DNA of 64,000 nt from the NCBI GenBank assembly GCA_964035545.1, contig OZ037765.1, forward strand, positions 434,001-498,000, in the 5' to 3' direction. Below, one piece after another: positions 39,501-51,600 of the stretch. How positions within the stretch are numbered: the stretch's first letter is position 1; the number at the start of each line of letters is the position of its first letter. A program made the translations under genes and the position numbers. Source of the stretch: Bugula neritina. Taxonomy: Eukaryota; Animalia; Bryozoa. The notes under the pieces are model-generated. The model saw nothing but the letters and a program-made list of their open reading frames with translations. It did not search any database and was not told where the DNA came from.

Positions 39501-42500
39501 CTCTGATAATCTCTTCTCAATATATAATTTATTGTGTAACTCAAAGAGGAATCTAGCACTAAGCAAATTTTTCCTTTCTAATTATATTCTGCCACCTGGA
39601 GTTTGCATATAATTTAGAGAGAATTAAAAGCTCAAAGCAGAAGTAATGTGTATAAAGCTATTATATTTTCACACATAATCAAATAAAACATATTAATTAG
39701 TATTCCTAATCAGTCCTGGGGTGTTGTTAGTAAATGAAAAGCAATGACATATCACAATCTTATGTGTGCTTTATGTAAAACACAGACTAACACACCTATC
39801 TCCATTCAAGTTTGAACAACTCTTTTAAAATGCCATTAGTGAGCCTTGCTCCTATTACAATGCCCTATCATATATATTTGCATACTCGGGCATCCATTAA
39901 ACCTTCTCTAATGGAACTTAGTTATTGTGAAATGAATACAGCCAGAGGCAAATACGATACACTTTTTGTCCCATGTCAAACAACAATTTACACTGCATCC
40001 GTATTCTAAAGTTGACATGTTTTAACAGGCTCTTTTGTAAATAGATGTTTTATGGAGTGCCCTCGCAGTATGAGAGAGAGATATGGTTTAAAATTGCCTT
40101 GTCTTAAAAAGTATAAGTTGCAGTGGAGAGTTTAATAAACACACTAGATTGTTGGAAAACTCTTCAAAGAACAGAAGTTTGGAATTTCTGCAGAGCAGCA
40201 GTTAGCCCTACACATGTATCTACACTTGTATCTACACATGTATCTACACATGTATCCACACTTGTTTTTAGACATGTATCTACACATGTATCTACACACT
40301 TGTTTTTAGACACCCCACAACAATTATTCAGTTTTTTGCCGTGTCAATCAACTCAAGCTGAGTAGATATGCTCTAATCAAATCACGAGATAAACTGGCCA
40401 CACCACGACCTGCCATTCATCTTTCTCCTGTCACCAGATTGTGTAAAACACAGAATAACCAACTCTGAATATTCATGAATGGCTTGTTGTGTCAAGACGG
40501 AGTGACAATTGGCAGCTGTTAGCATTTACTGTCAGTTTCAGGGCAACATTCACCAACACTATATAACCTTCAAACTTATACAATATACTAATTATAGAGA
40601 GTATACTAAATAAACTAGAGTTCTCTTACCACTTCTCTCAACGGCCATCATCTGTTTGAGCAGAACGTCACACTGTTTCTGTAGGGTGGAAAGTGTGCCA
40701 CAGCCTGGAGATAATATAATAATTGAAGTAAATACAAGAAATACAACACCTGACAGGTAAAGATACTTATCGACCCCATGAAGTAGCAGCCCTACCAGCA
40801 TGGGCTGAGGAAACAGTTTAAACAGTTTATAAACAGTAAGCAATGCACGTTTACTTTCAGAATATCCCATTTATTTATCACTGTGATGTGAACATGTAGT
40901 AGATAATGCACTGAAGGATTGAGCTAATGGAGTGATTCACAGGAGTGTACAAGGGGTGCAGGAGTGTACAAGGGTGTGCATGAGTGTGCAAGGGGGTGCA
41001 GGAGTGTACAAGGGGAGGTGGACTGAGTCAAGGATAAACTAGTAACATGACAAGGAGGAGACAACTCCATTTAGAAAACTATGAGAATTAAAGTAAATTT
41101 AAGGAGAAGAAAGATTACAGGATCCCTGAGGGTACAAATTGGAGTTGTTCTCACTATTAAACGTTGGAAGGACAATTCCAAAGTTGAATGACAAGTTGAA
41201 ACTTAGCAAACAAAATATTCTGCATTTCCTTTCCTTCTGAAGCAAAGAGCAACCCACCTGGTGCTTTGGCCTCAAACGCCTGTATAAGCCGCGTGCACTT
41301 CAACTCGTACAGTTGGGGCTGTTCCGGGAAGCTTTCAAACATACTGCAACATAAACAGAGGGGCTGAGGCTACAAAATAAGAATATATTAGAAGAGTTGA
41401 TGAAGTTTGCGAGACACACAGACAGAAGAGAGAATAGAGTGGTGAACTCACAAGTCAAACATTTCATTCTCCAAATCTGTGGCCCACTTGAACAACTTGA
41501 CTATGTGGATGAATCCGGCAGCCAGATTCACACTTCCTGTGAGAGCATAACCAGAGTATATATATGAACATAACCAGAGTATATATATTGTATAACGTAA
41601 TCACCCTGCATATTGCCATGTATTATGTACTAGATTATAACATTAGACTACTTTAGATATATTATAATGTTCAACAAACCACTACTAGAATATACTCTAA
41701 ACAAGTCGTACTAGAAACCTCACCTGGGTTCTCGATCATGGCGTGTTTGAAGACGGTTTGGGCCACCTTCCCCTGCAATACCTCTTCACTCACAGAGTCG
41801 TTGTGTGCGTACTACAACAGGATATGCTCTAGAATATTCTATTGCTTGACTGTGAGTACGTAGTAACTGTGAGTACGCAGTATCTGTGAGTACACAGTAA
41901 CTGTGAGTACGCAGTAACTGTGAGTACGTAGTAACTGTGAGTACACAGTAACTGTGAGTACATAGTAACTGTGAGTACGCAGTAACTGTGAGTACGTAGT
42001 AACTGTGAGACATAGTAACTGTGAGTACACAGTAACTGTGAGTACGTAGTAACTGTGAGACATAGTAACTGTGAGTACACAGTAACTGTGAGTACACAGT
42101 AACTGTGAGTACACAGTAACTGTGAGTACATAGTAACTGTGAGTACGCAGTAACTGTGAGTACGTAGTAACTGTGAGACATAGTAACTGTGAGTACACAG
42201 TAACTGTGAGACATAGTAACTGTGAGTACACAGTAACTGTGAGTACATAGTAACTGTGAGTACGCAGTAACTGTGAGTACGTAGTAACTGTGAGACATAG
42301 TAACTGTGAGTACACAGTAACTGTGAGTACACAGTAACTGTGAGTACATAGTAACTGTGAGTACGCAGTAACTGTGAGTACGTAGTAACTGTGAGACATA
42401 GTAACTGTGAGTACACAGTAACTGTGAGACATAGTAACTGTGAGTACGTAGTAACTGTGAGACATAGTAACCGTGAGTACGTAGTAACTGTGAGTACGTA

Positions 42501-45500
42501 GTAACTGTGAGACATAGTAACTGTGAGTACACAGTAACTGTGAGTACATAGTTACTGTGAGTACTTACTCTGGGTAGAGAGACTTTCTTCAACAGACCCT
42601 CCTTCTTTAGAATGTTTCTCCGCTTTATCTGTCAACACAACACAGAGAGTATCACGGAGGGAGGGGAGACAACGTCCCGCCTTAACCAACACAGAACCAC
42701 AGCTATTTGATGAACACACACTATATATACTTACTTGATGTGCGTACAGCAGCTCCAGTCTGAACAGCTGTAATATAAACAGTAGAGTAATATAAACAGT
42801 AGAGTAATATAAACAGTATAGTAATATAAACAGTAGAGTAATATAAACAGTATAGTAATATAAACAGTAGAGTAATATAAACAGTATAGTAATATAAACA
42901 GTAGAGTAATATAAACAGTATAGTAATATAAACAGTAGAGTAATATAAACAGTATAGTAATATAAACAGTAGAGTAATATAAACAGTAGAGTAATATAAA
43001 CAGTATAGTAATATAAACAGTAGAGTAATATAAACAGTAGAGTAATATAAACAGTATAGTAATATAAACAGTATAGTAATATAAACAGTAGAGTAATATA
43101 AACAGTATAGTAATATAAACAGTAGAGTAATATAAACAGTATAGTAATATAAACAGTAGAGTAATATAAACAGTATAGTAATATAAACAGTAGAGTAATA
43201 TAAACAGTAGAGTAATATAAACAGTAGAGTAATATAAACAGTATAGTAATATAAACAGTAGAGTAATATAAACAGTATAGTAATATAAACAGTAGAGTAA
43301 TATAGACAGTAGAGTAATATAAACAGTAGAGTAATATAAACAGTAGAGTAATATAAACAGTAGAGTAATATAAACAGTAGAGTAATATAAACAGTATAGT
43401 AATATAAACAGTAGAGTAATATAAACAGTATAGTAATATAAACAGTAGAGTAATATAAACAGTAGAGTAATATAAACAGTATAGTAATATAAACAGTAGA
43501 GTAATATAAACAGTATAGTAATATAAACAGTAGAGTAATATAAACAGTAGAGTAATATAAACAGTAGAGTAATATAAACAGTGTAGTAATATAAACAGTA
43601 GAGTAATATAAACAGTAGAGTAATATAAACAGTAGAGTAATATAAACAGTATAGTAATATAAACAGTATAGTAATATAAACAGTATAGTAATATAAACAG
43701 TATAGTAATATAAACAGTATAGTAATATAAACAGTATAGTAATATAAACAGTAGAGTAATATAAACAGTGTAGTAATATAAACAGTAGAGTAATATAAAC
43801 AGTATAGTAATATAAACAGTAGAGTAATATAAACAGTATAGTAATATAAACAGTAGAGTAATATAAACAGTAGAGTAATATAAACAGTAGAGTAATATAG
43901 ACAGTAGAGTAATATAAACAGTAGAGTAATATAAACAGTAGAGTAATATAAACAGTAGAGTAATATAAACAGTAGAGTAATATAAACAGTATAGTAATAT
44001 AAACAGTAGAGTAATATAAACAGTATAGTAATATAAACAGTAGAGTAATATAAACAGTATAGTAATATAAACTCACCTCGTGCCAGAGTACGGCAGAGCC
44101 CTTGTTGAAGGAGATCCCTTTAAGGAGAATGTGTCGTGCTGACTCTACAGAGAGGATGGCTTCCAGTTCAAACTTGGCAGCAGACAACCACAGCGCTACA
44201 ATACAACAGTGTAACATATGTGACTACAGTGAAACATGTGTGACTACAGTGAAACATATGTGACTACAGTGAAACATATGCGACTACAGTGTAACATGTG
44301 TGACTACAGTGTAACATGTGTGACTACAGTGTAACATGTGTGACTACAGTGTAACATATGTGACTACAGTGAAACATGTGGGACTACTTACAAGGCACAT
44401 TGGTGATTACTTGCAGAGCTCTGGTATACAATGAAGATACTTGAGTTCGGTTTTTCTGTAAAGCAAAATATTATTTAATATTATAATTATATAATATTAT
44501 ATTATATAGTATATATATATATAATCCATAAAGGTCAAGGTTAAAAAAAACACTCACCACAACTTTTTTCACAAAGTGGATTCTATTTTCCCACAGTTCA
44601 GATGCCTGCTACAAAACAATAATATAATACATTAATACAGTAGTATAACATAGTATAATGTGCTACAATACAGTAGTATAATATAGTATAATGTGCTACA
44701 ATACAGTAGTATAATATAGTATAATGTGCTACAATACAGTAGTATAATATAGTATAATGTGCTACAATACAGTAGTATAATATAGTACAATGTGCTACAA
44801 TACAGTAGTATAATATAGTATAATGTGCTACAATACAGTAGTATAATATAGTATAATGTGCTACAATACAGTAGTATAATATAGTATAATGTGCTACAGT
44901 ACAGTAGTATAATATAGTATAATGTGCTACAATACAGTAGTATAATATAGTATAATGTGCTACAATACAGTAGTATAATATAGTATAATGTGCTACAATA
45001 CAGTAGTATAATATAGTATAATGTGCTACAATACAGTAGTATAATATAGTATAATGTGCTACAATACAGTAGTATAATATAGTATAATGTGCTACAATAC
45101 AGTAGTATAATATAGTATAATGTGCTACAATACAGTAGTATAATATAGTATAATGTGCTACAATACAGTAGTATAATATAGTATAATGTGCTACAATACA
45201 GTAGTATAATATAGTATAATGTGCTACAATACAGTAGTATAATATAGTATAATGTGCTACAGTACAGTAGTATAATATAGTATAATGTGCTACAGTACAG
45301 TAGTATAATATAGTATAATGTGCTACAATACAGTAGTATAATATAGTGTAATGTGCTACAATACAGTAATATAATATAGTGTAATGTGCTACAATACAGT
45401 AATATAATATAGTATAATGTGCTACAATACAGTAGTATAATATAGTATAATGTGCTACAGTACAGTAATATAATATAGTATAATGTGCTACAATACAGTA

Positions 45501-47983
45501 GTATAATATAGTATAATGTGCTACAGTACAGTAATATAATATAGTATAATGTGCTACAATACAGTAGTATAATATAGTATAATGTGCTACAATACAGTAG
45601 TATAATATAGTACAATGTGCTACAATACAGTAGTATAATATAGTATAATGTGCTACAATACAGTAGTATAATATAGTATAATGTGCTACAATACAGTAGT
45701 ATAATATAGTGTAATGTGCTACAGTACAGTAGTATAATATAGTATAATGTGCTACAGTACAGTAGTATAATATAGTATAATGTGCTACAATACAGTAGTA
45801 TAATACCACGGACAACAATAGACCAGTCAGTACCAAAAGTGTCAGATGTTAGTGATACTTACCGGCCAGTTCCTGCAGGCCAACCTAAACAGCTTGCTGA
45901 TTCTCTGCAGGATAGCTCCTTCTATTTCTACTTTCTTGTCATTATAGCCTCTGGTCTAATATAACAACATGCTACACAGTGTCATATGATAACAACAACA
46001 TGCTACACAGTGTCAGATGATAACAATATGCTACATAGTGTCATATGATAACAACAACATGCTACACAGTGTCATATGATAACAACAACATGCTACACAG
46101 TGCCATATGATAACAACATGCTACACAGTGTCATATGATAACAACAACATGCTACACAGTGTCATATGATAACAACAACATGCTACACAGTGTCATATGA
46201 TAACAACAACATGCTACACAGTGTCATATGATAACAACAACATGCTACACAGTGTCAAATGATAACAACAACATGCTACACAGTGTCATATGATAACAAC
46301 AACATGCTACACAGTGTCATATGATAACAACAACATGCTACACAGTGTCATATGATAACAACAACATGCTACACAGTGTCATATGATAACAACAACATGC
46401 TACACAGTGTCAAATGATAACAACAACATGCTACACAGTGTCAAATGGTAGTGAGATGCCAGCCATTACTAGCACCAGGTACAGTTTAGAGAAAAATGTT
46501 GCTCAGCATAAGATATGCGAATAAACCAATCAGCAATGCGATAACAAAACCCACCTTACGACGGAGCCAAATGAGTTCGAGCAACTTCGTCTCATACTTG
46601 ACATACATCAAATAATCCTGCTTGTCTTTCACTCGTCTCCTCAGTTTGTATTCAAACAACTTCCTCCTACTAACTATCTTCCTGCATCACAAGAAACAAA
46701 ACCAATTGCTCTTGAGCTAATACTAGTATATGCTACATTCCAGTAGACTGATACTAGCATCTTGATAAGACCAGCAACTGAGCAAGATTCATAACTAAAT
46801 TATTTACTAAATAAATTTACTGTTACTTCATCGAGAGCAATTCTTAACTTTTCTTGCATTCAAAATAAAAAAATGTTTTATTGTTTTATTTAAACCTGGC
46901 ATTTGCTAGCGAATTTGTGTTCTTGAAAACAAAAAGCAACATAAAAATATGTCATAATAAAATACTACTCTGTAAGTATAGGTATATTCATATTAATATA
47001 TTTTGTTTTAAATCACATTGTTCAAAGTCTATTACCAATGTATGTAGGTACGATAATAATAAAATGATGGCCAACAAATTTGCTATTTATATTGATCATT
47101 GAGATTATGCTTCTACTTATAAAGACAGAGTGAGACGTGGATATTCATATCAACAAAATAACATAAAAATAACTTGCTAACGGATAACAGTTAAATTTTA
47201 TAATATAAATAATCATAATGATAATGAACTGTGGGTGAGTAAAAAAAATTAATTCAAAATTTAAATTATATATTCAATTGGTTACAAATAAATATATTAT
47301 TATTAATAACAATATGAATGCTTAAATTTGATTATATTGAGTTTGACTATGTCTATTGAGTATTGAAATAAAGTTTAAAGCAAAATCACAAGTTTCAATA
47401 AATCGATTTAAGTTTAAAACAATAAAATCAAATGATAAAACTAAAAGTTAAAGCCAACACTAAACGTATAAGTAATTGTAAATAAACTCAAAATTTACAG
47501 TAGTTAGAGTAGCAGTAAGTCAAAGTGCAACACTAGAATACTTTCTTTATTAGCGTTACAAACAACAGCACCACTCATACTCATAGTAACAGTAATTGCA
47601 GCATTAAGTCTAACACCAACAGTTACAAGAACTGTAAGTGTTATATATAACAACAAACAACTCAAAGTGAAAATGTAACTCACACTCAAACTGTAAGTGT
47701 TAGTGTAAGTCGAAGCGGCCCGTACCGGGGGTAGTGAAACTAAAGCCTAAAGTTAAACAGTTTGAGTAAACGTACTTTGATTACGGCAACTGTTCAACTT
47801 CATATTTTTTCAGAGTACCATTGTGATTGTTGGCTTACAGTTACAGCTACTTGGACTTTTACTTTTAATTACGGCTTACAGCTCAACTTACTTTACTTCC
47901 GAATGATCAAACAGTCCAGCATGTTCAAGTTGTTGAACTTCATTTGTCATTTCCTCGAGGGTCTGTTGCACATACTCCCCCAT
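27507..47983 (-). CDS. UTP6: U3 snoRNA-associated protein 6 (UTP6, HAT-repeat SSU processome protein), 18 exons, ~589 aa
   Basis: Exons 5'->3': 47983-47892, 46681-46555, 45955-45863, 44605-44558, 44455-44392, 44195-44077, 42767-42735, 42628-42569, 41811-41724, 41536-41452, 41343-41258, 40704-40630, 30892-30750, 29605-29429, 29337-29257, 28812-28636, 28246-28174, 27655-27507 (1770 nt, phases consistent). N-terminus MGEYVQQTLEEMTNEVQQLEHAGLFDHSEVKKIVSRRKLFEYKLRRRVKDKQDYLMYVKYE resembles the UTP6 N-terminal domain; HAT repeats (LWLSAAKFELE..ESARHILLKGI; LFRLELLY; EFGTKSVDVWLDAMAWE). Confidence 0.93.
28238..28600 (-). repeat. 40-bp minisatellite (9 copies) duplicating the acceptor plus first 9 nt of UTP6 exon 17
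   Basis: Minus-strand unit ATCCCCACATTGTATATTTCATATTCTCTAG|TGTGAAGTT. Confidence 0.93.
28850..29252. repeat. 20-bp minisatellite ACAGTAATACGGTATATAATAC-type, UTP6 intron 15
   Basis: Direct reading. Confidence 0.9.
29620..30749 (-). repeat. 16-bp minisatellite (minus strand GTAAGTATAATATACA), ~70 copies, filling UTP6 intron 13 from its donor
   Basis: Direct reading; source of several spurious Y/T/I/L ORFs. Confidence 0.95.
31392..31545 (+). repeat. G-rich repeat (GGGGTGTAGCACACAGTGAGGGAGGGGG) x5
   Basis: Direct reading. Confidence 0.85.
31556..32345. mobile_element. Non-autonomous TIR transposon (~790 bp), CAC..GTG termini, 3-bp TSD AAG, subterminal AGATCGATCT palindromes
   Basis: Left CACCGGCTTCCCATGGACCAATCTCAGATCGATCT versus reverse complement of right end CACGGGCTTTCCATTTACCGATCTCAGATCAATCT; AAG flanks both ends (31553-55, 32346-48); no ORF. 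Confidence 0.75.
34670..34919 (+). promoter_or_regulatory. Putative promoter and 5'UTR exon(s) of the nested transmembrane gene
   Basis: CCAAT (34676) and ATTGG (34713) boxes; donor CAG|GTAAT at 34817 repeated four times at 15-nt period; second donor GAG|GTAAGA at 34920; acceptor TTGTTAG at 38127 upstream of ATG 38193. Confidence 0.4.
35311..35700. repeat. 22-bp minisatellite GTGTACTGGTATACTATACAGT (~17 copies)
   Basis: Direct reading. Confidence 0.93.
36104..36295. repeat. 17-bp minisatellite TACCTCTATACTTACTC (~11 copies)
   Basis: Direct reading. Confidence 0.92.
38193..39324 (+). CDS. Uncharacterised single-pass (type III) membrane protein, ~286 aa, nested antisense in UTP6 intron 12
   Basis: Exons 38193-38519 and 38791-39324 joined in phase 0 by a GC-AG intron (GAG|GCAAGT ... 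TTACAG|). N-terminal TM (AVLFYVGILIPTIITIAVFLGFLLCLY), basic stop-transfer, disordered Tyr/Ser-rich tail; AATAAA at ~39682. Confidence 0.75.
41848..42568. repeat. ~16-bp minisatellite GTAACTGTGAGTACACA-type, UTP6 intron 8
   Basis: Direct reading; begins at the donor. Confidence 0.95.
42770..44072. repeat. 17-bp minisatellite GTAATATAAACAGTAKA (~76 copies) spanning UTP6 intron 6 from donor to acceptor
   Basis: Direct reading; source of most of the 498-aa ORF. Confidence 0.96.
44204..44385. repeat. 20-bp minisatellite TACAGTGWAACATRTGTGAC, UTP6 intron 5
   Basis: Direct reading. Confidence 0.9.
44633..45805. repeat. 33-bp minisatellite AATACAGTAGTATAATATAGTATAATGTGCTAC (~35 copies), UTP6 intron 3
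   Basis: Direct reading. Confidence 0.96.
45962..46448. repeat. 31-bp minisatellite ATAACAACAACATGCTACACAGTGTCATATG (~16 copies), UTP6 intron 2
   Basis: Direct reading. Confidence 0.94.
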
Positions 47984-48610
47984 GGTTGCTTAAAGTGTAA
48001 ATTACTTACAAAAGATATTGAAGCAAGGTAAGGAAAAACGCTGACAACGCTTTAGAGTGTAGAGAGGGGAAAATCAATTCAATTGTCTAACTTAAATTTG
48101 AAACTGCAACTCCGGTTTCAGTTTGTGTCAACATGTTGTCTTCCATGCCTTCTTAGTTTGAGAAAAATTTAGGGCCTTTTTAACTATAGTTTTTTTTATG
48201 AGTTATAATAAAAACAAATACGACGGCAATTTAATTTTAACCGATCCAATAACACCTATTGTAACAATAATAATAAAAAAAGAATGCTATAGAGTTGCCC
48301 TCTCTTAAACGGCATTGCCACTAGAATGACGCTGTATATTATTTCGAGCCTACGGGCGTGTATTTAAAAACTCACAAGAAGTTGTCTAAACTTTCATCCA
48401 CTGATATCTTCGTAAACAGAATTACAAGGCTTTGAAAGTAGAGCTCGTGCAGCTGCAGACGTCGATAGCAGCAGACAGCGGTAGAGTAACTATTTTGCTA
48501 GTTCCACCACCTCCTAATTCTTACCTCATATTTATATTTGATATCATACGTCCCAGTTGCTAAAAAGTCTTCAATTCCTACATTACTAGTTTGAATTATA
48601 CAATTGAAAA
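47984..48610. promoter_or_regulatory. Bidirectional promoter region between divergent UTP6 and DMC1
   Basis: Start codons are 627 bp apart on opposite strands. Confidence 0.6.
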
Positions 48611-51600
48611 ATGCAAGCTGATCAAGTAGTTGAAGAAGAGTTGGACCATGCAGATCTTGATGATGATGTATGTTTATTTACATTTACTTTTACTTTATGT
48701 TGTAGTTTTAAAAAGAATTAGAATGGCTAAAAGTAAATCTAATCAATTGTTTATAATAATAAATACGATCATTAATAATATCTTACTCTACTAAATATTA
48801 TAACGTTTAATATTATAAATCTATAATTATATTTATTAATCATTTTTATTCATGTCATTCAGTTAGACTGTTGACGGTGTGATAGCTATTAATTATTTAA
48901 TAAAATACTATTATAAATATAATTTATTAATTATTATTATAATTATTAAATTTAATGATTATATTTATTGTATTAAATTTAATTTATAATTTTCAACTGT
49001 TTGTTATCATTATGACTAGGATTTACTAAAATATTTATCTTTATTCAATTTTAGAAAGCTTGCACTTCAGTAACGGTGACAGTCTATCAGTATGGAATAA
49101 AAACTACATTTACCTTAAACTTAAAGCTTTGGGATCCTGTTGGGTTACTTACTTCTATAACTGGTTTTACCAATGCCAGCTCACGTTATAAATAAAAATG
49201 AAAATAATACTTTAGTAAAAGTTATATCTGATCACTTGGCTTTGTCCACAGTTGACTGAATTTAATTAACTCTGCTCATTTTCTAAAATTAAATGAATAG
49301 TTTTAGCGTAATTATAAAATATAGATCTAGCAATAATAATATAATATTGATTATAAAGGTGTACAATACTATAATAATATTAATATAAGGCCCATATGTG
49401 TTATCAATTTTTTGTAGCTTCGAACCAGCGTGTTTTTATGAATATAATTAATTCACAATAAAATTTAGTTTAATGAATTTTTCTGTCTCTAGCATATAGG
49501 TTTTGATATTATTATTATTTTCAGCACATTACCGTAAAACATTTAAATTGTTTTCTTTTATTTGTTTCAGGAATCTTTTTTCCAAGATATAGATTTGCTT
49601 CAAAATCATGGAATTGTAAGTAAGCATTTAAATTTGAATAATAAATTGATTTCAATATTTTTAAATTTTTATGCACAACTTAAATATAACCAACAATTAT
49701 TTAAATTGTTCTAACAATATATTTTAAATTACCGCACTTCTTTCACACTCCAATCACTCACTTCCAAATAGTGAACTCTCCTTTTACTATTTAGAATGCT
49801 GCTGATCTAAAGAAGTTGAAGCAAGCTGGAATATGTACAGTGAAAGTAAGACTATATATGATTAGTTTCTATATACTATCAATCCACCTGAGTCTAATAT
49901 TACTCCACCTATATGATCACTTATATAATGTACACTGTATACTTATATAATGTACACTGTATACTTATATGATGTACACTGTATACTTATATAATGTACA
50001 CTGTATACTTATATAATGTACACTGTATACTTATATAATGTGCACTGTATACATATATAATGTACACTGTATACTTATATAATGTACACTGTATACTTAT
50101 ATAATGTACATTGTATACTTATATAATGTACACTGTATACTTATATAATGTACACTGTATACTTATATAATGTGCACTGTATACTTATATAATGTACACT
50201 GTATACTTATATAATGTCCACTGTATACTTATATGATGTGCACTGTATACTTATATAATCTACAGGGCGTTCAAATGACTACGAGAAAGCGTCTCTGTAA
50301 TATCAAAGGTATCTCAGAGGCTAAAATGGAAAAGATTAAAGAAGCATGCACGAAAATAGCTGGAGTAAGATATATATATAATATAATATAGAACAATATA
50401 ATATAGTATAATATACTATAATATGATATGATACAGTGTAGTATAAGATAATATTCCTATGCTATACTATAATATAATACAGTGTAATATAAGATAATAT
50501 TCCTGTGCTATACTATAATATAATACAGTGTAATATAAGATAATATTCCTATGCTATACTATAATATAATATATAAACACTTCGGCAGGAAGGAGGATTC
50601 TGTACAGCTCTGGAATTTGCTGATAAAAGGAAATCAGTGTTCCAGTTGTCTACTGGTAGTGCAGAGTTGGAGTGAGTTCATATGGTTGTCTAAATAATAT
50701 ACGTTGTGTGGTTGGCCGAGTACTGACTATGTATGATTTCTGTGTTCACAAGCTCACAGCTGTGTAAAACATGTGAGTATTATTGCTGAATTTTATAGTA
50801 AACTGATAGGAGGAGGAATTGAAAGTATGTCCATAACTGAAGTGTTTGGGGAGTTTAGATCAGGAAAGACACAGCTCTCCCACACTCTCTGTGGTAAGAT
50901 ATGAACACTCAAGTTAAATCACAGCAATTACAATTATCATACATTATATAACTTATTATTATATTTATTTATACTTGTTGAGTATTATATATTACCACTT
51001 GATGATGTGTGTAGTGCTCTACTGTGTGTTACAGAATTTACAATGTGTAAAATAACATTCAGATTGAATAAGAGATTGCATACCTTAAAACAGGAATGGA
51101 ATATCTAATTATATTTCAGCTACAACCTTGCAGTTTTAGAGTTGTGTGCACATGTGAATTGATATTTACTAGAATATACCCATAATCTCCATTCACTCAG
51201 TAATCATCTTATTGCTGTAATTAGCTCTGTGAGCATAATCAAAAAAAGTTTTGCATAAAAACTGACTGATATATTTGTGATGATTTGTGAATTTAAATAA
51301 AATCTACCTGAATAGAAGTTGGCAACAAGCAAAATGTGTTCACCAGGACTTAAAATTTTATTTTTCTCAAAGTACCATTTGTGCTTTGACTGTAATTTTC
51401 TTCGTGGAGTGCAAAGTTAAAGATTAACTGTCAAACTATTTTTAAATACTAGGATATAATTGGGGAAATTATTTACTGAGTTTTTAAAAACTGATGTTGG
51501 CGAAGCATTTGCAATTGATTGAAACTCTACTTCCACATATTATGTTTGCTGGCTAAGGTGTGTTTGAATTATTCTAAGCTAAGCTGCCTGGTAATATAAC

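Noticed and set aside
42721-45836. 498-, 412- and 327-aa minus-strand ORFs
   Set aside because: Translations of the 17- and 33-bp minisatellites in UTP6 introns; only 44195-44077 is coding in frame.
47440-47890. 6-nt-periodic, quasi-inverted sequence in UTP6 intron 1 with a GC-rich core (GCGGCCCGTACCGGGGG)
   Set aside because: May be a decayed transposon, but no TIR or TSD could be defined by eye.
27656-47891. Intronic snoRNAs expected in a ribosome-biogenesis host gene
   Set aside because: No convincing sense-strand C/D box pair found by eye; H/ACA RNAs cannot be assessed without a covariance-model search.
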